Part shown: positions 50,577 to 59,856 of the stretch, one piece after another
How positions within the stretch are numbered: position 1 is the first letter of the stretch
How the letters are laid out: each line of letters opens with the position of its first letter
Translations under genes and position numbers: made by a program
Notes under the pieces: generated by a model
Told to the model about the DNA's origin: nothing
The model's input: only the letters and a program-made list of their open reading frames with translations
Databases searched by the model: none
Source: Endomicrobiia bacterium
Lineage (GTDB): Bacteria > Elusimicrobiota > Endomicrobiia > DTEH01
NCBI GenBank assembly: GCA_039630545.1
Contig: JBCNUU010000006.1
Span: 17,543 to 81,542 of the forward strand
DNA length: 64,000 nt
Direction: 5' to 3'

Positions 50577-50876
50577 TTAGTGCACAAACCCTATTTTAGG
50601 TACTTGTTTTGGTTCTGTTTTTATTTCTCCAAATTTTTCTTCGTATTTTTTAATATTATCTTGTAAAGCAGACAGAAACCTTTTTATATGCCCTGGAGAA
50701 GTAATAACTCTTGCTCTAACTTTTGCTTTTGGAACTTGTGGTTGAATAAATATAAAATCTAAGATAAACTCATCAGGTGAGTGACTTATAATTGCTAAGT
50801 TAGAATATACTCCCTGAGCAGTTAAATCGTCAATTTCTATTTGTATTTGTTGATCTTTTATTTCTTTTTCTTCCAT
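50577..50876 (-). CDS. DUF3467-like small protein
   Basis: 99 aa; GVYSNLAIISHSPDEFILDF segment recalled as characteristic of DUF3467 (from memory, not searched). Confidence 0.6.
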   Translation of the reverse strand: MEEKEIKDQQIQIEIDDLTAQGVYSNLAIISHSPDEFILDFIFIQPQVPKAKVRARVITSPGHIKRFLSALQDNIKKYEEKFGEIKTEPKQVPKIGFVH

Positions 50877-50906
50877 AAAAATCCTCCATAGATTATTAAT
50901 TGGATA

Positions 50907-51791
50907 CTAACTTTTTCTAAAAAGATAAACCATAAGTGCTTTTTGTACATACAATCTGTTTTCTGCTTGTTTTATTACTATTGAATTTTTACCATCTAAA
51001 ACTTCATCTGTTATCTCCAAACCACGATTTGCTGGTAGACAATGCATCACTATACAATCAGGCTTTGCCAGAGATAAAAGTTTAGAATTTACTTGATATG
51101 GTTTAAAAATCTTTATTCTTTTTTTCTTTTCTTTTTCTTGTCCCATTGAAATCCACACATCTGTGTAAATCACATCTGCATTTTTTATAAATTCTAAACT
51201 TTCAGAAATTACTATATTTTTAGAAAAATTTCCTTTTGGTTGAAATTTTTTAGGTATAATAAAATATGACTGCATACCTAAAATTTCAGATATATATATT
51301 AAAGATAAACATACATTGTTAGCGTCACCTATATACACAAACTTAATTTTGTTTATATTATCCAATGAAACTTTTTTTTGTTCTAATATACTCCAAACAT
51401 CAGATAGAACCTGACAGGGATGTTCTTTGTCACTTAGTGCATTTATTACAGGAATTTTTGAATATTTTGTAAATTCTAACAAAGTTTCATGCTTATTTAC
51501 TCTTAAAATCAATCCATCTAAATAACAGTTAAAAATATTTGCAGTATCTTTTATTGTCTCTCCACGAGAAAGTTGCAGTTGTTTTTCATCCAGTTCTATA
51601 GGCATTCCCCCCAACTGTCGAATTCCTACTTCAAAAGAAATCCTTGTTCTTGTTGACGGTTTTTCAAAAATTAAACCAATATATTTGTTCTTTAGTTCTA
51701 AAGTTAGCTCTTTAGTTGTGTACACAGGTACTAAATCATAAATTTCTTTTATTTGCTGTTTTGTTAAATCTTTTATACTTATGAAGTGCAT
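50907..51791 (-). CDS. argF: Ornithine carbamoyltransferase
   Basis: 294 aa; carbamoyl-phosphate site STRTR, ornithine-site HCLPA motif. Confidence 0.85.
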   Translation of the reverse strand: MHFISIKDLTKQQIKEIYDLVPVYTTKELTLELKNKYIGLIFEKPSTRTRISFEVGIRQLGGMPIELDEKQLQLSRGETIKDTANIFNCYLDGLILRVNKHETLLEFTKYSKIPVINALSDKEHPCQVLSDVWSILEQKKVSLDNINKIKFVYIGDANNVCLSLIYISEILGMQSYFIIPKKFQPKGNFSKNIVISESLEFIKNADVIYTDVWISMGQEKEKKKRIKIFKPYQVNSKLLSLAKPDCIVMHCLPANRGLEITDEVLDGKNSIVIKQAENRLYVQKALMVYLFRKS

Positions 51792-51797
51792 AATAAG

Positions 51798-52697
51798 TTA
51801 CTTTATTTTTACTCCTTCGTTTACAAATGATAAAATTTTTAATTCACAATTAAGTATGTTTGTAATCTTTTGTTTAACTTTTTCTAATAAATTTTCATCT
51901 AAATCAGCTTTTTTATAAAGTGCTACAACTGTTGAACCAGAACCACTTAACATACAACACAAAGCTTTGTTTTCTAAACATATCTTGAATACAACATTCA
52001 TCCATGGCATAAGTTTTTTTCTATATGGTTGATGCAAAAAATCTTCTGCTGCAAATTTAAGAAATTCATATCTTTTAGCAACTAATGAAGATACAAGCAT
52101 TGCTACATTAGAAACATTTTTTACAGCATTTTTGAAATTAATATTATTGGGCAAAACTTCTCTTGCTTTCTGTGTAGAAATCTTTTTTTGCGGGATAATA
52201 GCTAAAACCAAAAGTTCTTTTGGAATAGGTAATTTCACAAACTTAACTTTACCGTCTATAACACTACTTACACACAATCCACCAAACATACAAGGCACAA
52301 CATTGTCAGGATGCCCTTCAAGTTCACAAGCAATGTTTATTAACTCATATTCAGATAACGGTTCTCCACATAAAATGTTTCCAGCAACTACACCTGCAAC
52401 ATATGCTGTAGCAGAAGAACCAAGTCCACGCTGCAATGGGATGTTGTTTTTAATATAAATTTCTAAAGAAGGTAAAGCATTTTTTGTTAATTTAAAAATT
52501 TTTTTGATCGCTCTGTATACTAAATTATTTTCATCTTTTACAACTAAATCTGCGTCTATACCTTCTACTTCGATTTTTAACCTGGCTTTATTACTTACAA
52601 CATTTATCTCAAATTCATTATATAAAGACAAAGAAGCTCCTAAACAGTCAAATCCTGGTCCTAAGTTTGCAGTTGTCGCTGGAGTTTTTATTTTCAT
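51798..52697 (-). CDS. thrB: Homoserine kinase
   Basis: 299 aa; GHMP kinase motifs (TPATTANLGPGFDCLG, PLQRGLGSSAT), EGHPDNV typical of ThrB. Confidence 0.88.
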   Translation of the reverse strand: MKIKTPATTANLGPGFDCLGASLSLYNEFEINVVSNKARLKIEVEGIDADLVVKDENNLVYRAIKKIFKLTKNALPSLEIYIKNNIPLQRGLGSSATAYVAGVVAGNILCGEPLSEYELINIACELEGHPDNVVPCMFGGLCVSSVIDGKVKFVKLPIPKELLVLAIIPQKKISTQKAREVLPNNINFKNAVKNVSNVAMLVSSLVAKRYEFLKFAAEDFLHQPYRKKLMPWMNVVFKICLENKALCCMLSGSGSTVVALYKKADLDENLLEKVKQKITNILNCELKILSFVNEGVKIK

Positions 52698-52714
52698 ATA
52701 GTAAAATGAATAAT

Positions 52715-54001
52715 TTATATACCCAGTTTAGTAGACTCTTTCATTGCACAGTAGGAACCACACATTGAACATACTTTTTTTGTTTTACTTTGAATTTTTT
52801 TTCTTTCTTGCTCAAATTTAATTTTGTCAATAGCATATTTTTGCTGGAGAGCCCAGTTAAGGGATTTTCTTGCTTTTGACATCTCTAAATCAACTTTATC
52901 ATCACCGAACTTTCTTCTTTTGACAATATCTGCTGCATGCGCTGCTATGCGTGCTGCTATTACTCCCTCATATACATCTTTCGGCGTAGGTAATCTTAAA
53001 TGTTCTGCTGAAGTTACATAGCATATAAGATCTGCACCTGCTTTAGCAGCTATTGCTGCTCCTATTGCTGAGTTTATGTGATCGTATCCAGCAGCTATAT
53101 CTGTAACGAGTGGCCCCAAAAGATAGTATGGCTTTTCGCAAGTTAACTTTTTTTGCAATTTCACATGATCTTCAATTATATCCATTGGCATATGACCAGG
53201 ACCTTCTATCATCACTTGGACGCCTTCTCTATTTGCAATTTCTGCTAATTCTGCCAATGTTTTTAATTCAGCAATTTGTGCTTTATCGTTTGCATCAAAA
53301 ATGCTACCAGGCCTTAAGGCGTCTCCTAAGCTAAGTGTTAAATTATATTTTTTAGAGATGCTTAACAATCTATCAAAATGTTCATAAAGTGGATTTTCTT
53401 TTTTGTTTTCAATTATCCACTCAGCAAGAAAAGAACCACCTCTACTTACTATTCCGCATACTCTTTTGTTTTTCTTTAATAGATCTATATTTTTTCTTGT
53501 TATTCCACAATGAACAGTAATAAAATCAACACCATCTTCAGCATGTTTTTGTATTGTTTCAAATATGTGTTCTACCGATATGTCTTTTATTTTTTTGTTT
53601 TTTCTCAATGTCTCACAAACAACTTGATATATAGGTACTGTCCCTACAGGAACAGTTGAGTGTGATATAACCTGTTTTCTTATGTAATCCAGATCACCGC
53701 CTGTTGATAAATCCATTACAGTGTCTGCTTTTGCTTTTATAGCAGCTTTTAGTTTTTCTAATTCGAACTTTATATCAACTTTATCTGGAGATGTACCTAT
53801 GTTTGCGTTTACTTTTGTTTTTAAGTTTTTCCCTACAGCAGAAGGTTGTATTTTTGATTTTACATTTTTTAAAATTACTACTTTACCATCAAGTATATTT
53901 TTTATTAAATCTTTAAAACAAACATTTTCTTCATCAGATATTTTTTTTATCAACTGATAAGTGTTTTTATCTTTTATTTTTAGTTTCTCTATTATACTCA
54001 T
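52715..54001 (-). CDS. thiC: Phosphomethylpyrimidine synthase
   Basis: 428 aa; VMDLSTGGD core and C-terminal CSMCGSYCAMK cluster motif. Confidence 0.92.
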   Translation of the reverse strand: MSIIEKLKIKDKNTYQLIKKISDEENVCFKDLIKNILDGKVVILKNVKSKIQPSAVGKNLKTKVNANIGTSPDKVDIKFELEKLKAAIKAKADTVMDLSTGGDLDYIRKQVISHSTVPVGTVPIYQVVCETLRKNKKIKDISVEHIFETIQKHAEDGVDFITVHCGITRKNIDLLKKNKRVCGIVSRGGSFLAEWIIENKKENPLYEHFDRLLSISKKYNLTLSLGDALRPGSIFDANDKAQIAELKTLAELAEIANREGVQVMIEGPGHMPMDIIEDHVKLQKKLTCEKPYYLLGPLVTDIAAGYDHINSAIGAAIAAKAGADLICYVTSAEHLRLPTPKDVYEGVIAARIAAHAADIVKRRKFGDDKVDLEMSKARKSLNWALQQKYAIDKIKFEQERKKIQSKTKKVCSMCGSYCAMKESTKLGI

Positions 54002-54063
54002 CTTTTCTCCTTAAAAAGCAGCTAAGTTTTTATACCAAAATATACTAAAGGAATTCAACATAA

Positions 54064-54822
54064 TCAATAAAATTCGGATTTAAACCAGTTGTTGAGGGTT
54101 GTTTTAAAAAGATTAACTAATAAAGTATGTGTTGTTAGATTAAGTTCATCTTGCCTTATTGGCGGGAAAATTTTTATATAGAGGGAATTTCCAGGGTTTA
54201 CTTTGCCAATATCTTTTATTATTTTGCCCATTTCTAAAAAATCTGTTTTTACACATATCGGAAGTAATTCTACTTTAAAGATCCTTGCAAGCTTAATACC
54301 AATTTTATTGAATTTTTTTTCGTTTATAAATTTAGTTCTGGTAGCTTGAGGGAATACAATTATTGAAATTCCTTTATTGAATAATTTTTTTGTGTTTTTT
54401 AAAACGACTTCAAAATCTTTTTTGGGATTTTTTCTTGTAACAGATATTGGCTCAAGAAATTTTATAAGTTTACCTAAAATAGGATACCTAAGCAAGCTCT
54501 CTTTTACAACAAACGAAATTTTAAAGTATTTACCTATTAAATAACCAAAAAGTAAAGTCTCTAAACTGCTCATATGATTGCTTACAATTACTGCTGGAGG
54601 AGAGACTTTTTTAAGATTTTCCTGGCCTTCTATATATACTTTTGCACCTAACTTGTAAACTAAATTTAAAATTTTCCTGGAATAATATATATAATATCGC
54701 CATGAATAGGTTTTAAATAAAATTCTAAAATAAGCTATCAAAAAAATTAAAAATAAATTTGTATAAAAATAAATAGATGCAAAAAAAGGAATTTTAAAGA
54801 TTAATTTTAGCAAATTACTCAT
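54064..54822 (-). CDS. Lysophospholipid acyltransferase (PlsC family)
   Basis: 252 aa; N-terminal TM segment, acyltransferase motifs SNHMSSLE (block I) and FPQATRT (block III). Confidence 0.85.
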   Translation of the reverse strand: MSNLLKLIFKIPFFASIYFYTNLFLIFLIAYFRILFKTYSWRYYIYYSRKILNLVYKLGAKVYIEGQENLKKVSPPAVIVSNHMSSLETLLFGYLIGKYFKISFVVKESLLRYPILGKLIKFLEPISVTRKNPKKDFEVVLKNTKKLFNKGISIIVFPQATRTKFINEKKFNKIGIKLARIFKVELLPICVKTDFLEMGKIIKDIGKVNPGNSLYIKIFPPIRQDELNLTTHTLLVNLFKTTLNNWFKSEFY

Positions 54823-55439
54823 TTAAATATGGATTTTAATTTGAAAACTTCTCTTTTAAGATCAGCAATTTTTAGCGCGCTAATTACAGCTATTGCTGAA
54901 GGCTTTATCTCTTTTAGCAGTTCAACATTTTTAGAGTTTATCCCTCCTATAGCCACAACCGGCATTTTATTTTTAGCAAGCAAAACCACCTCTTTAACTG
55001 TTTGTAAACCTACTGGCTTATAGTCTTTTGTGCTGGTAGGAAAAACCGGTCCAATTGAAATATAATCTACAGGCATCTTCAAAGCTTCTTTGGCTTGCTG
55101 AAATGAGTGAGTAGAAACCCCAATAATAAAATTTTTGCTTTTTATTTTTAGTAATTTTCTTACTACTTCTGCAGGAAGATCATCCTGTCCAAGATGAACA
55201 CCATCTGCTTTTACTAACAAAGCAATATCTACCCTATCATCAATTATAAAAGGAATTTTTTTAGAAGCAAGAATTTTTTTTATATTTAAAGCAACAGAGT
55301 AAAAAAACTTATCTGAAAAATTTTTAATTCTTAATTGAATAACATCTGGATTAAATTTTATAAGCTTTCTTGTAAAGCTTATGTACTCCTGTAAAGTTTC
55401 AAACTCTGGCAAAATACAATACAAACCTTTTATTTTCAT
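54819..55439 (-). CDS. thiE: Thiamine-phosphate synthase
   Basis: 206 aa; TIM-barrel ThiE motifs (IQLRIKN, DRVDIAL...ADGVHLGQDDLP, IGGIN). Confidence 0.9.
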   Translation of the reverse strand: MKIKGLYCILPEFETLQEYISFTRKLIKFNPDVIQLRIKNFSDKFFYSVALNIKKILASKKIPFIIDDRVDIALLVKADGVHLGQDDLPAEVVRKLLKIKSKNFIIGVSTHSFQQAKEALKMPVDYISIGPVFPTSTKDYKPVGLQTVKEVVLLAKNKMPVVAIGGINSKNVELLKEIKPSAIAVISALKIADLKREVFKLKSIFK

Positions 55440-55837
55440 TTGAAAATTTTTTTTATGATTTCCTTTTCTAAATCATATATCTTATATCTTATTTTTTTTA
55501 ACTTTAACACATTTTTTATATCAACCAACTTTGATAGTTCCTCAAGAACTCTCAAAGATTCACTTACCCGATGGAAGTTCGAAATTAAAAGCTGATTTAT
55601 ATTTTTATATTTTTTTTCTTTTGCAGAAATTCCTGGATCAGAAATACTGTTTCTCTGGAATACAGTTGAAGGATAAAATTTTAAAAAAAGTTTTGGTATT
55701 TTGTGCCTTATTTCTCTTAAAGCTTTATATTTTGATTCAAACCTATAAACAAATCTTAAAGTTTCTTCTATCACTCTTAAACCTTCTGTGATTCTGTTAA
55801 TGTTAGCATCAATTATTCTTAAAATTTTTTTATTCAT
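55436..55837 (-). CDS. Conserved hypothetical protein with two internal RxxEGLRVxEE-type repeats, translationally coupled to thiE
   Basis: 133 aa; NINRITEGLRVIEETLRFV and NFHRVSESLRVLEELSKLV are evident internal repeats; ATGA-type overlaps with both neighbours. Confidence 0.6.
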   Translation of the reverse strand: MNKKILRIIDANINRITEGLRVIEETLRFVYRFESKYKALREIRHKIPKLFLKFYPSTVFQRNSISDPGISAKEKKYKNINQLLISNFHRVSESLRVLEELSKLVDIKNVLKLKKIRYKIYDLEKEIIKKIFK

Positions 55838-56295
55838 AAACTTTGGAGTTTTAATATTTTTTTAATAATGTTAGTAGTAGATTTTCCTTTTTTAAGCTTT
55901 ATTCTTACAACTTCTGGCACAATACCCCAGCCTACTATATCTTTTACTTTATAGTCTGCGCCTTTTACTAAGATATCTGGTTTTATCTCTGCAATAAGTT
56001 TATAGGGAGTATCCTCTTTAAACAAAATCACATAATCAACATATCTTATACTGTCTAAGACTTCAGCACGATCTTTCTGAGAGTTTATAGGTCTCTGCGG
56101 ACCTTTGATTCTTTTAATTGATTTATCTGTGTTTAAACCAACTATCAAAACATCTCCTAGATTTTTTGCTTCTTTTAAAAGTTTAATATGTCCAGAATGA
56201 ATAATATCAAAACACCCGTTTGTAAAAACTAATTTCTTGTTTTCTTTTTTTAGTTTTTTTAGTATCTTTTTAAATTTTTTAAGAGTTACTATCAT
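55834..56295 (-). CDS. rfaE: D-glycero-beta-D-manno-heptose 1-phosphate adenylyltransferase (RfaE domain II type)
   Basis: 153 aa; cytidylyltransferase motif FTNGCFDIIHSGHIKLL. Confidence 0.88.
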   Translation of the reverse strand: MIVTLKKFKKILKKLKKENKKLVFTNGCFDIIHSGHIKLLKEAKNLGDVLIVGLNTDKSIKRIKGPQRPINSQKDRAEVLDSIRYVDYVILFKEDTPYKLIAEIKPDILVKGADYKVKDIVGWGIVPEVVRIKLKKGKSTTNIIKKILKLQSL

Positions 56296-56309
56296 AGGTT
56301 ATATAATTA

Positions 56310-56882
56310 CTAAAAAAGCTTTTTTTCTACTAATTCACATATTATGTGAATAATGGTAATATGCATCTCTTGTATTCTTGGAGTATCATTTGATGGAACA
56401 CAGATGCAATATTTCACCATGTCTTTTAACTTTCCTCCACTTAAACCTGTAAGTCCCACAGTTACACATTTAAGCTTGTTAGCAGTTTCAATAGCTTTTA
56501 ATACATTTGGTGAGTTTCCACTGGTAGAAATTCCAACAACTATATCACCTTTTTCAGCACATGCCTCAATTTGACGACTAAAGACAATCTCATAAGCATA
56601 ATCATTGCCTAAAGCTGTAATAGTTGAAGTATTAGTTGATAAAGCAACTGCATTTAAGGCTTTTCTTTCTTTTTTATATCTTCCAACAAGTTCTGCAACC
56701 ATATGTTGTGCATCTTCAGCAGAACCTCCGTTTCCAAAAACTATAATTTTTTTGTCTTTTTTAAAAGCATATATTATTTCTTCTACAACTCTGGATAGAA
56801 CTTTAATCTGCTTTTGATTTTTTAAAAAATTTTGTTTTATTGTTATACTCTCTTCTATAAGCGATTTTATTTCTTTTTGCAT
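56310..56882 (-). CDS. gmhA: Phosphoheptose isomerase (SIS domain)
   Basis: 190 aa; FGNGGSAEDAQH and GISTSGNS motifs. Confidence 0.9.
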   Translation of the reverse strand: MQKEIKSLIEESITIKQNFLKNQKQIKVLSRVVEEIIYAFKKDKKIIVFGNGGSAEDAQHMVAELVGRYKKERKALNAVALSTNTSTITALGNDYAYEIVFSRQIEACAEKGDIVVGISTSGNSPNVLKAIETANKLKCVTVGLTGLSGGKLKDMVKYCICVPSNDTPRIQEMHITIIHIICELVEKKLF

Positions 56883-56988
56883 ATTATGACTCCTTTAAAA
56901 AAGAGGCTCTTTTTGGTATTACTAAATTATTCCTGCCTTTTTCAATACTATTGTTGATTTAGAGAATTTTTTATTATATATTTACAAT

Positions 56989-57804
56989 ATGAACAGAAAA
57001 TCACAATTTGCAGGTAGCTGGTATCCTTCCAGCCTAAAAGAAGCAAAAAGTTATCTGTCTCCTGTAGCAAAAGATAAAAAAATAGATGTATTTGGATGTA
57101 TATGCCCCCATGCAGGCTGGCTTTATTCTGGAAAAGTTGCAGGAGAAGTTTACTCTATTATAACCCCAGCTGATGTATATATTCTGCTTGGGCCAAATCA
57201 TACAGGATTAGGAGAAAACATTGCAGTTTATCCAGAAGGAAAATGGGAATTTCCTTTTGGAGAAGTAGAAATAGAAAAAAATCTTGTAGATTTGATAGTA
57301 AAAAATTCTGAATTTGCAAAAAAGGATACAAAGGCTCACCAAAGAGAACATTCTTTAGAAGTTCATATTCCATTTCTTCAACTTATTACAGACAGAGAAT
57401 TTAAAATAGTACCTATAACTATAAAAGTAGAAGATTATGAAATGTGCAAGGACCTAGGGAATAGTATATTTTTTTCAATAAAAGAATATCTAAAAACAAA
57501 CAAAGACAAAAAAATAATAATAATTGCCTCAACCGATATGACCCATTATGAATCACAAAGTTATGCTTATAAACTTGATACACTTGCCATTGAAGAAATT
57601 TTAAAACTTTCACCAAAAGGTCTTTATGACATTGTGCTCTCTTACGGAATAAGTATGTGTGGAGTTTATCCTACGGTTTCTGCATTAATAGCATTAAAAC
57701 TTCTTGGCGCAAAAAAGGCAGAGGTAATAAAATATCAAACAAGTGGAGATGTTACAGGAGAATATGACTCTGTAGTGGGATATGCTGGAATAATAATTTA
57801 CTAA
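56989..57804 (+). CDS. MEMO1-family protein (AmmeMemoRadiSam system protein B type)
   Basis: 271 aa; FAGSWYP, CPHAGWLYSG, GPNHTG, HSLEVHIPFL, MTHYE motifs. Confidence 0.85.
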   Translation: MNRKSQFAGSWYPSSLKEAKSYLSPVAKDKKIDVFGCICPHAGWLYSGKVAGEVYSIITPADVYILLGPNHTGLGENIAVYPEGKWEFPFGEVEIEKNLVDLIVKNSEFAKKDTKAHQREHSLEVHIPFLQLITDREFKIVPITIKVEDYEMCKDLGNSIFFSIKEYLKTNKDKKIIIIASTDMTHYESQSYAYKLDTLAIEEILKLSPKGLYDIVLSYGISMCGVYPTVSALIALKLLGAKKAEVIKYQTSGDVTGEYDSVVGYAGIIIY

Positions 57805-57808
57805 AAAT

Positions 57809-59011
57809 ATGATAAAGCGAGTTGTTCTTGTTGTACTGGACGGTTTAGGAGTTGGTTATTTAAATGACGCAAAAGAATACAATGATGAAGGTACAAATAC
57901 CTTAACTCATATCTACCAACAAATTCCAAATTTTTCTCTCCCAAACCTGGCTAAGTTAGGTTTGTATAATCTTATTGAAAATTGCAAGTTTAAATATAAA
58001 AACTGCATTGGAAGTTATACCAAAATGGCTGAGTTATCAAAAGGCAAAGATACTATTACAGGACACTGGGAAATCACAGGTATAGTTGTAGAAACACCCT
58101 TTCCTACATATCCTAAAGGGTTTCCAGAAGAGATAATTAAAGAATTTGAAAAAAGAATAGGCACAAAAACACTTGGCAACATTCCAGCTTCAGGAACAGA
58201 AATTTTAAAACTTTTAGGTGAAAAACATCTTAAAACTGGATATCCTATAATATATACTTCTGCTGACAGTGTCTTTCAAATAGCAGCTCATGAAAAGGTT
58301 ATACCTGTAGAAAAACTTTATTACTACTGTCAAATAGCAAGAGAGATGTTAGGAAATCCTCCTTTTGAAAAACACAAAGTAGCAAGAGTAATAGCAAGAC
58401 CTTTTACAGGCACAAATAAAAAAAATTTCACAAGAACATCGAAAAGAAAAGACTTTAGTCTTAAACCTCCCACTAAAACTATACTTGACTACATACAAGA
58501 ATCTAAAGGAAAAGTTGTAGCTTTAGGGAAAATAGAGGATATATTTGCAAATCAGGGAATCAGTGTTTCTTTTCATACAACCAATAATACTGAAACCTTA
58601 AAAGAAATTTTGAGTGTTTTAAAAAACTTCAAACAAAACAAAACTCTAATCTTTGCTAATCTTGTTGACTTTGATACACTGTGGGGACACAGAAGAGATG
58701 TTTCAGGATACTATGAAGCTCTTAAATTTTTTGACAATAAATTAGTAGATATTATTAATTACCTAGATGAAAACGATTTGTTAATAATCACATCGGATCA
58801 CGGAAATGATCCCACCTACAAAGTTCACACAGATCACACAAGAGAATTCGTTCCTTTGATTTTATTCTCTAAAAGTAAGAAGTTTAAAACAAATATTAAG
58901 CTTAAAATAAGAAAAACATTCGCTGACATAGCAAAAAGTATAGAAGAAATCTTCCAACTAAAAACAAAACTTCAAACCGGAGAGAGTTTTATTAAAGAAA
59001 TTTTTGCCTGA
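57809..59011 (+). CDS. deoB: Phosphopentomutase
   Basis: 400 aa; N-terminal VVLVVLDGLGVG, metal-site TSDHGNDPT motif. Confidence 0.92.
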   Translation: MIKRVVLVVLDGLGVGYLNDAKEYNDEGTNTLTHIYQQIPNFSLPNLAKLGLYNLIENCKFKYKNCIGSYTKMAELSKGKDTITGHWEITGIVVETPFPTYPKGFPEEIIKEFEKRIGTKTLGNIPASGTEILKLLGEKHLKTGYPIIYTSADSVFQIAAHEKVIPVEKLYYYCQIAREMLGNPPFEKHKVARVIARPFTGTNKKNFTRTSKRKDFSLKPPTKTILDYIQESKGKVVALGKIEDIFANQGISVSFHTTNNTETLKEILSVLKNFKQNKTLIFANLVDFDTLWGHRRDVSGYYEALKFFDNKLVDIINYLDENDLLIITSDHGNDPTYKVHTDHTREFVPLILFSKSKKFKTNIKLKIRKTFADIAKSIEEIFQLKTKLQTGESFIKEIFA

Positions 59012-59856
59012 TGAAAGAAGAGTTGATTAAAAAAATAACAGAAGCCATAAATTTTATAAAAAAAGAGACCATAAACATTTCTCCTCAATATGGCATAATT
59101 TTAGGTTCTGGTTTAGGAAATATTGCAGAAACTGTAGAAGAAAAAATAGTAATTCCTTATCATGAAGTCCCAAATATGCCGGTTTCTAATATTAAAGGGC
59201 ACAAAGGAAATTTTGTTTTTGGTTATCTCGAACAAAAACCTGTAGTAGTAATGAATGGAAGAATACATTACTATGAAGGATATTCTATGCAAGAAGTTAC
59301 TTTCCCTATAAGAATTATGCATAAACTTGGCGTTAAATACTTAATAATCACAGCTGCTGTTGGAGCTATCAGGAAAAGATTATTGTTAAAACCATCTGAT
59401 ATTGTTATAGTGAAAGACCACATAAACTTAATCGGAGATAATCCATTAAGAGGAATTATTTTTGAAGAATTTGGAGAAGTTTTTGTAGATTTATCAAATG
59501 TTTACGATAAAGAATTAATAAAATTAACAAAAACTATAGCTAAAGAAAAAAACTTAAAAATATATGAAGGCATATACCTTGCTACCTGTGGACCTTCTTA
59601 CGAAACACCAGCTGAAATAAAAGCCTTTAAAAAATTAGGAGCAGATGTGGTAGGAATGTCGTTAGTTCCAGAAGCAGTAGTAGCAAAACAGGCAAATATG
59701 AAAATTTTAGGAATTTGCTATGTAACAAACTTAGCAAGTGGATTTTCCTCAAAACCACTTTCACATGTTGAAGTGTTAGAAATTGCTACTAAAGTAGCAT
59801 ATAAGCTAAATATGTTGATAAAAGAACTTATTAAAAGATTACCTGATTATCAATGA
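59011..59856 (+). CDS. punA: Purine nucleoside phosphorylase (PunA-like)
   Basis: 281 aa; GIILGSGLG phosphate loop and PNP-family core. Confidence 0.88.
   Translation: MKEELIKKITEAINFIKKETINISPQYGIILGSGLGNIAETVEEKIVIPYHEVPNMPVSNIKGHKGNFVFGYLEQKPVVVMNGRIHYYEGYSMQEVTFPIRIMHKLGVKYLIITAAVGAIRKRLLLKPSDIVIVKDHINLIGDNPLRGIIFEEFGEVFVDLSNVYDKELIKLTKTIAKEKNLKIYEGIYLATCGPSYETPAEIKAFKKLGADVVGMSLVPEAVVAKQANMKILGICYVTNLASGFSSKPLSHVEVLEIATKVAYKLNMLIKELIKRLPDYQ

Noticed and set aside
48723-50876. thpR-cinA-DUF3467 as a candidate defence module
   Set aside because: ThpR and CinA are widespread housekeeping genes and commonly adjacent; nothing here (no extra nuclease, ATPase or toxin fusion) suggests a dedicated defence function.
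54002-54063. Expected TPP riboswitch upstream of thiC
   Set aside because: The thiC upstream gap is only 62 bp and I could not find the conserved CUGAGA / GG-rich elements on the coding strand; a riboswitch cannot be supported from the sequence.
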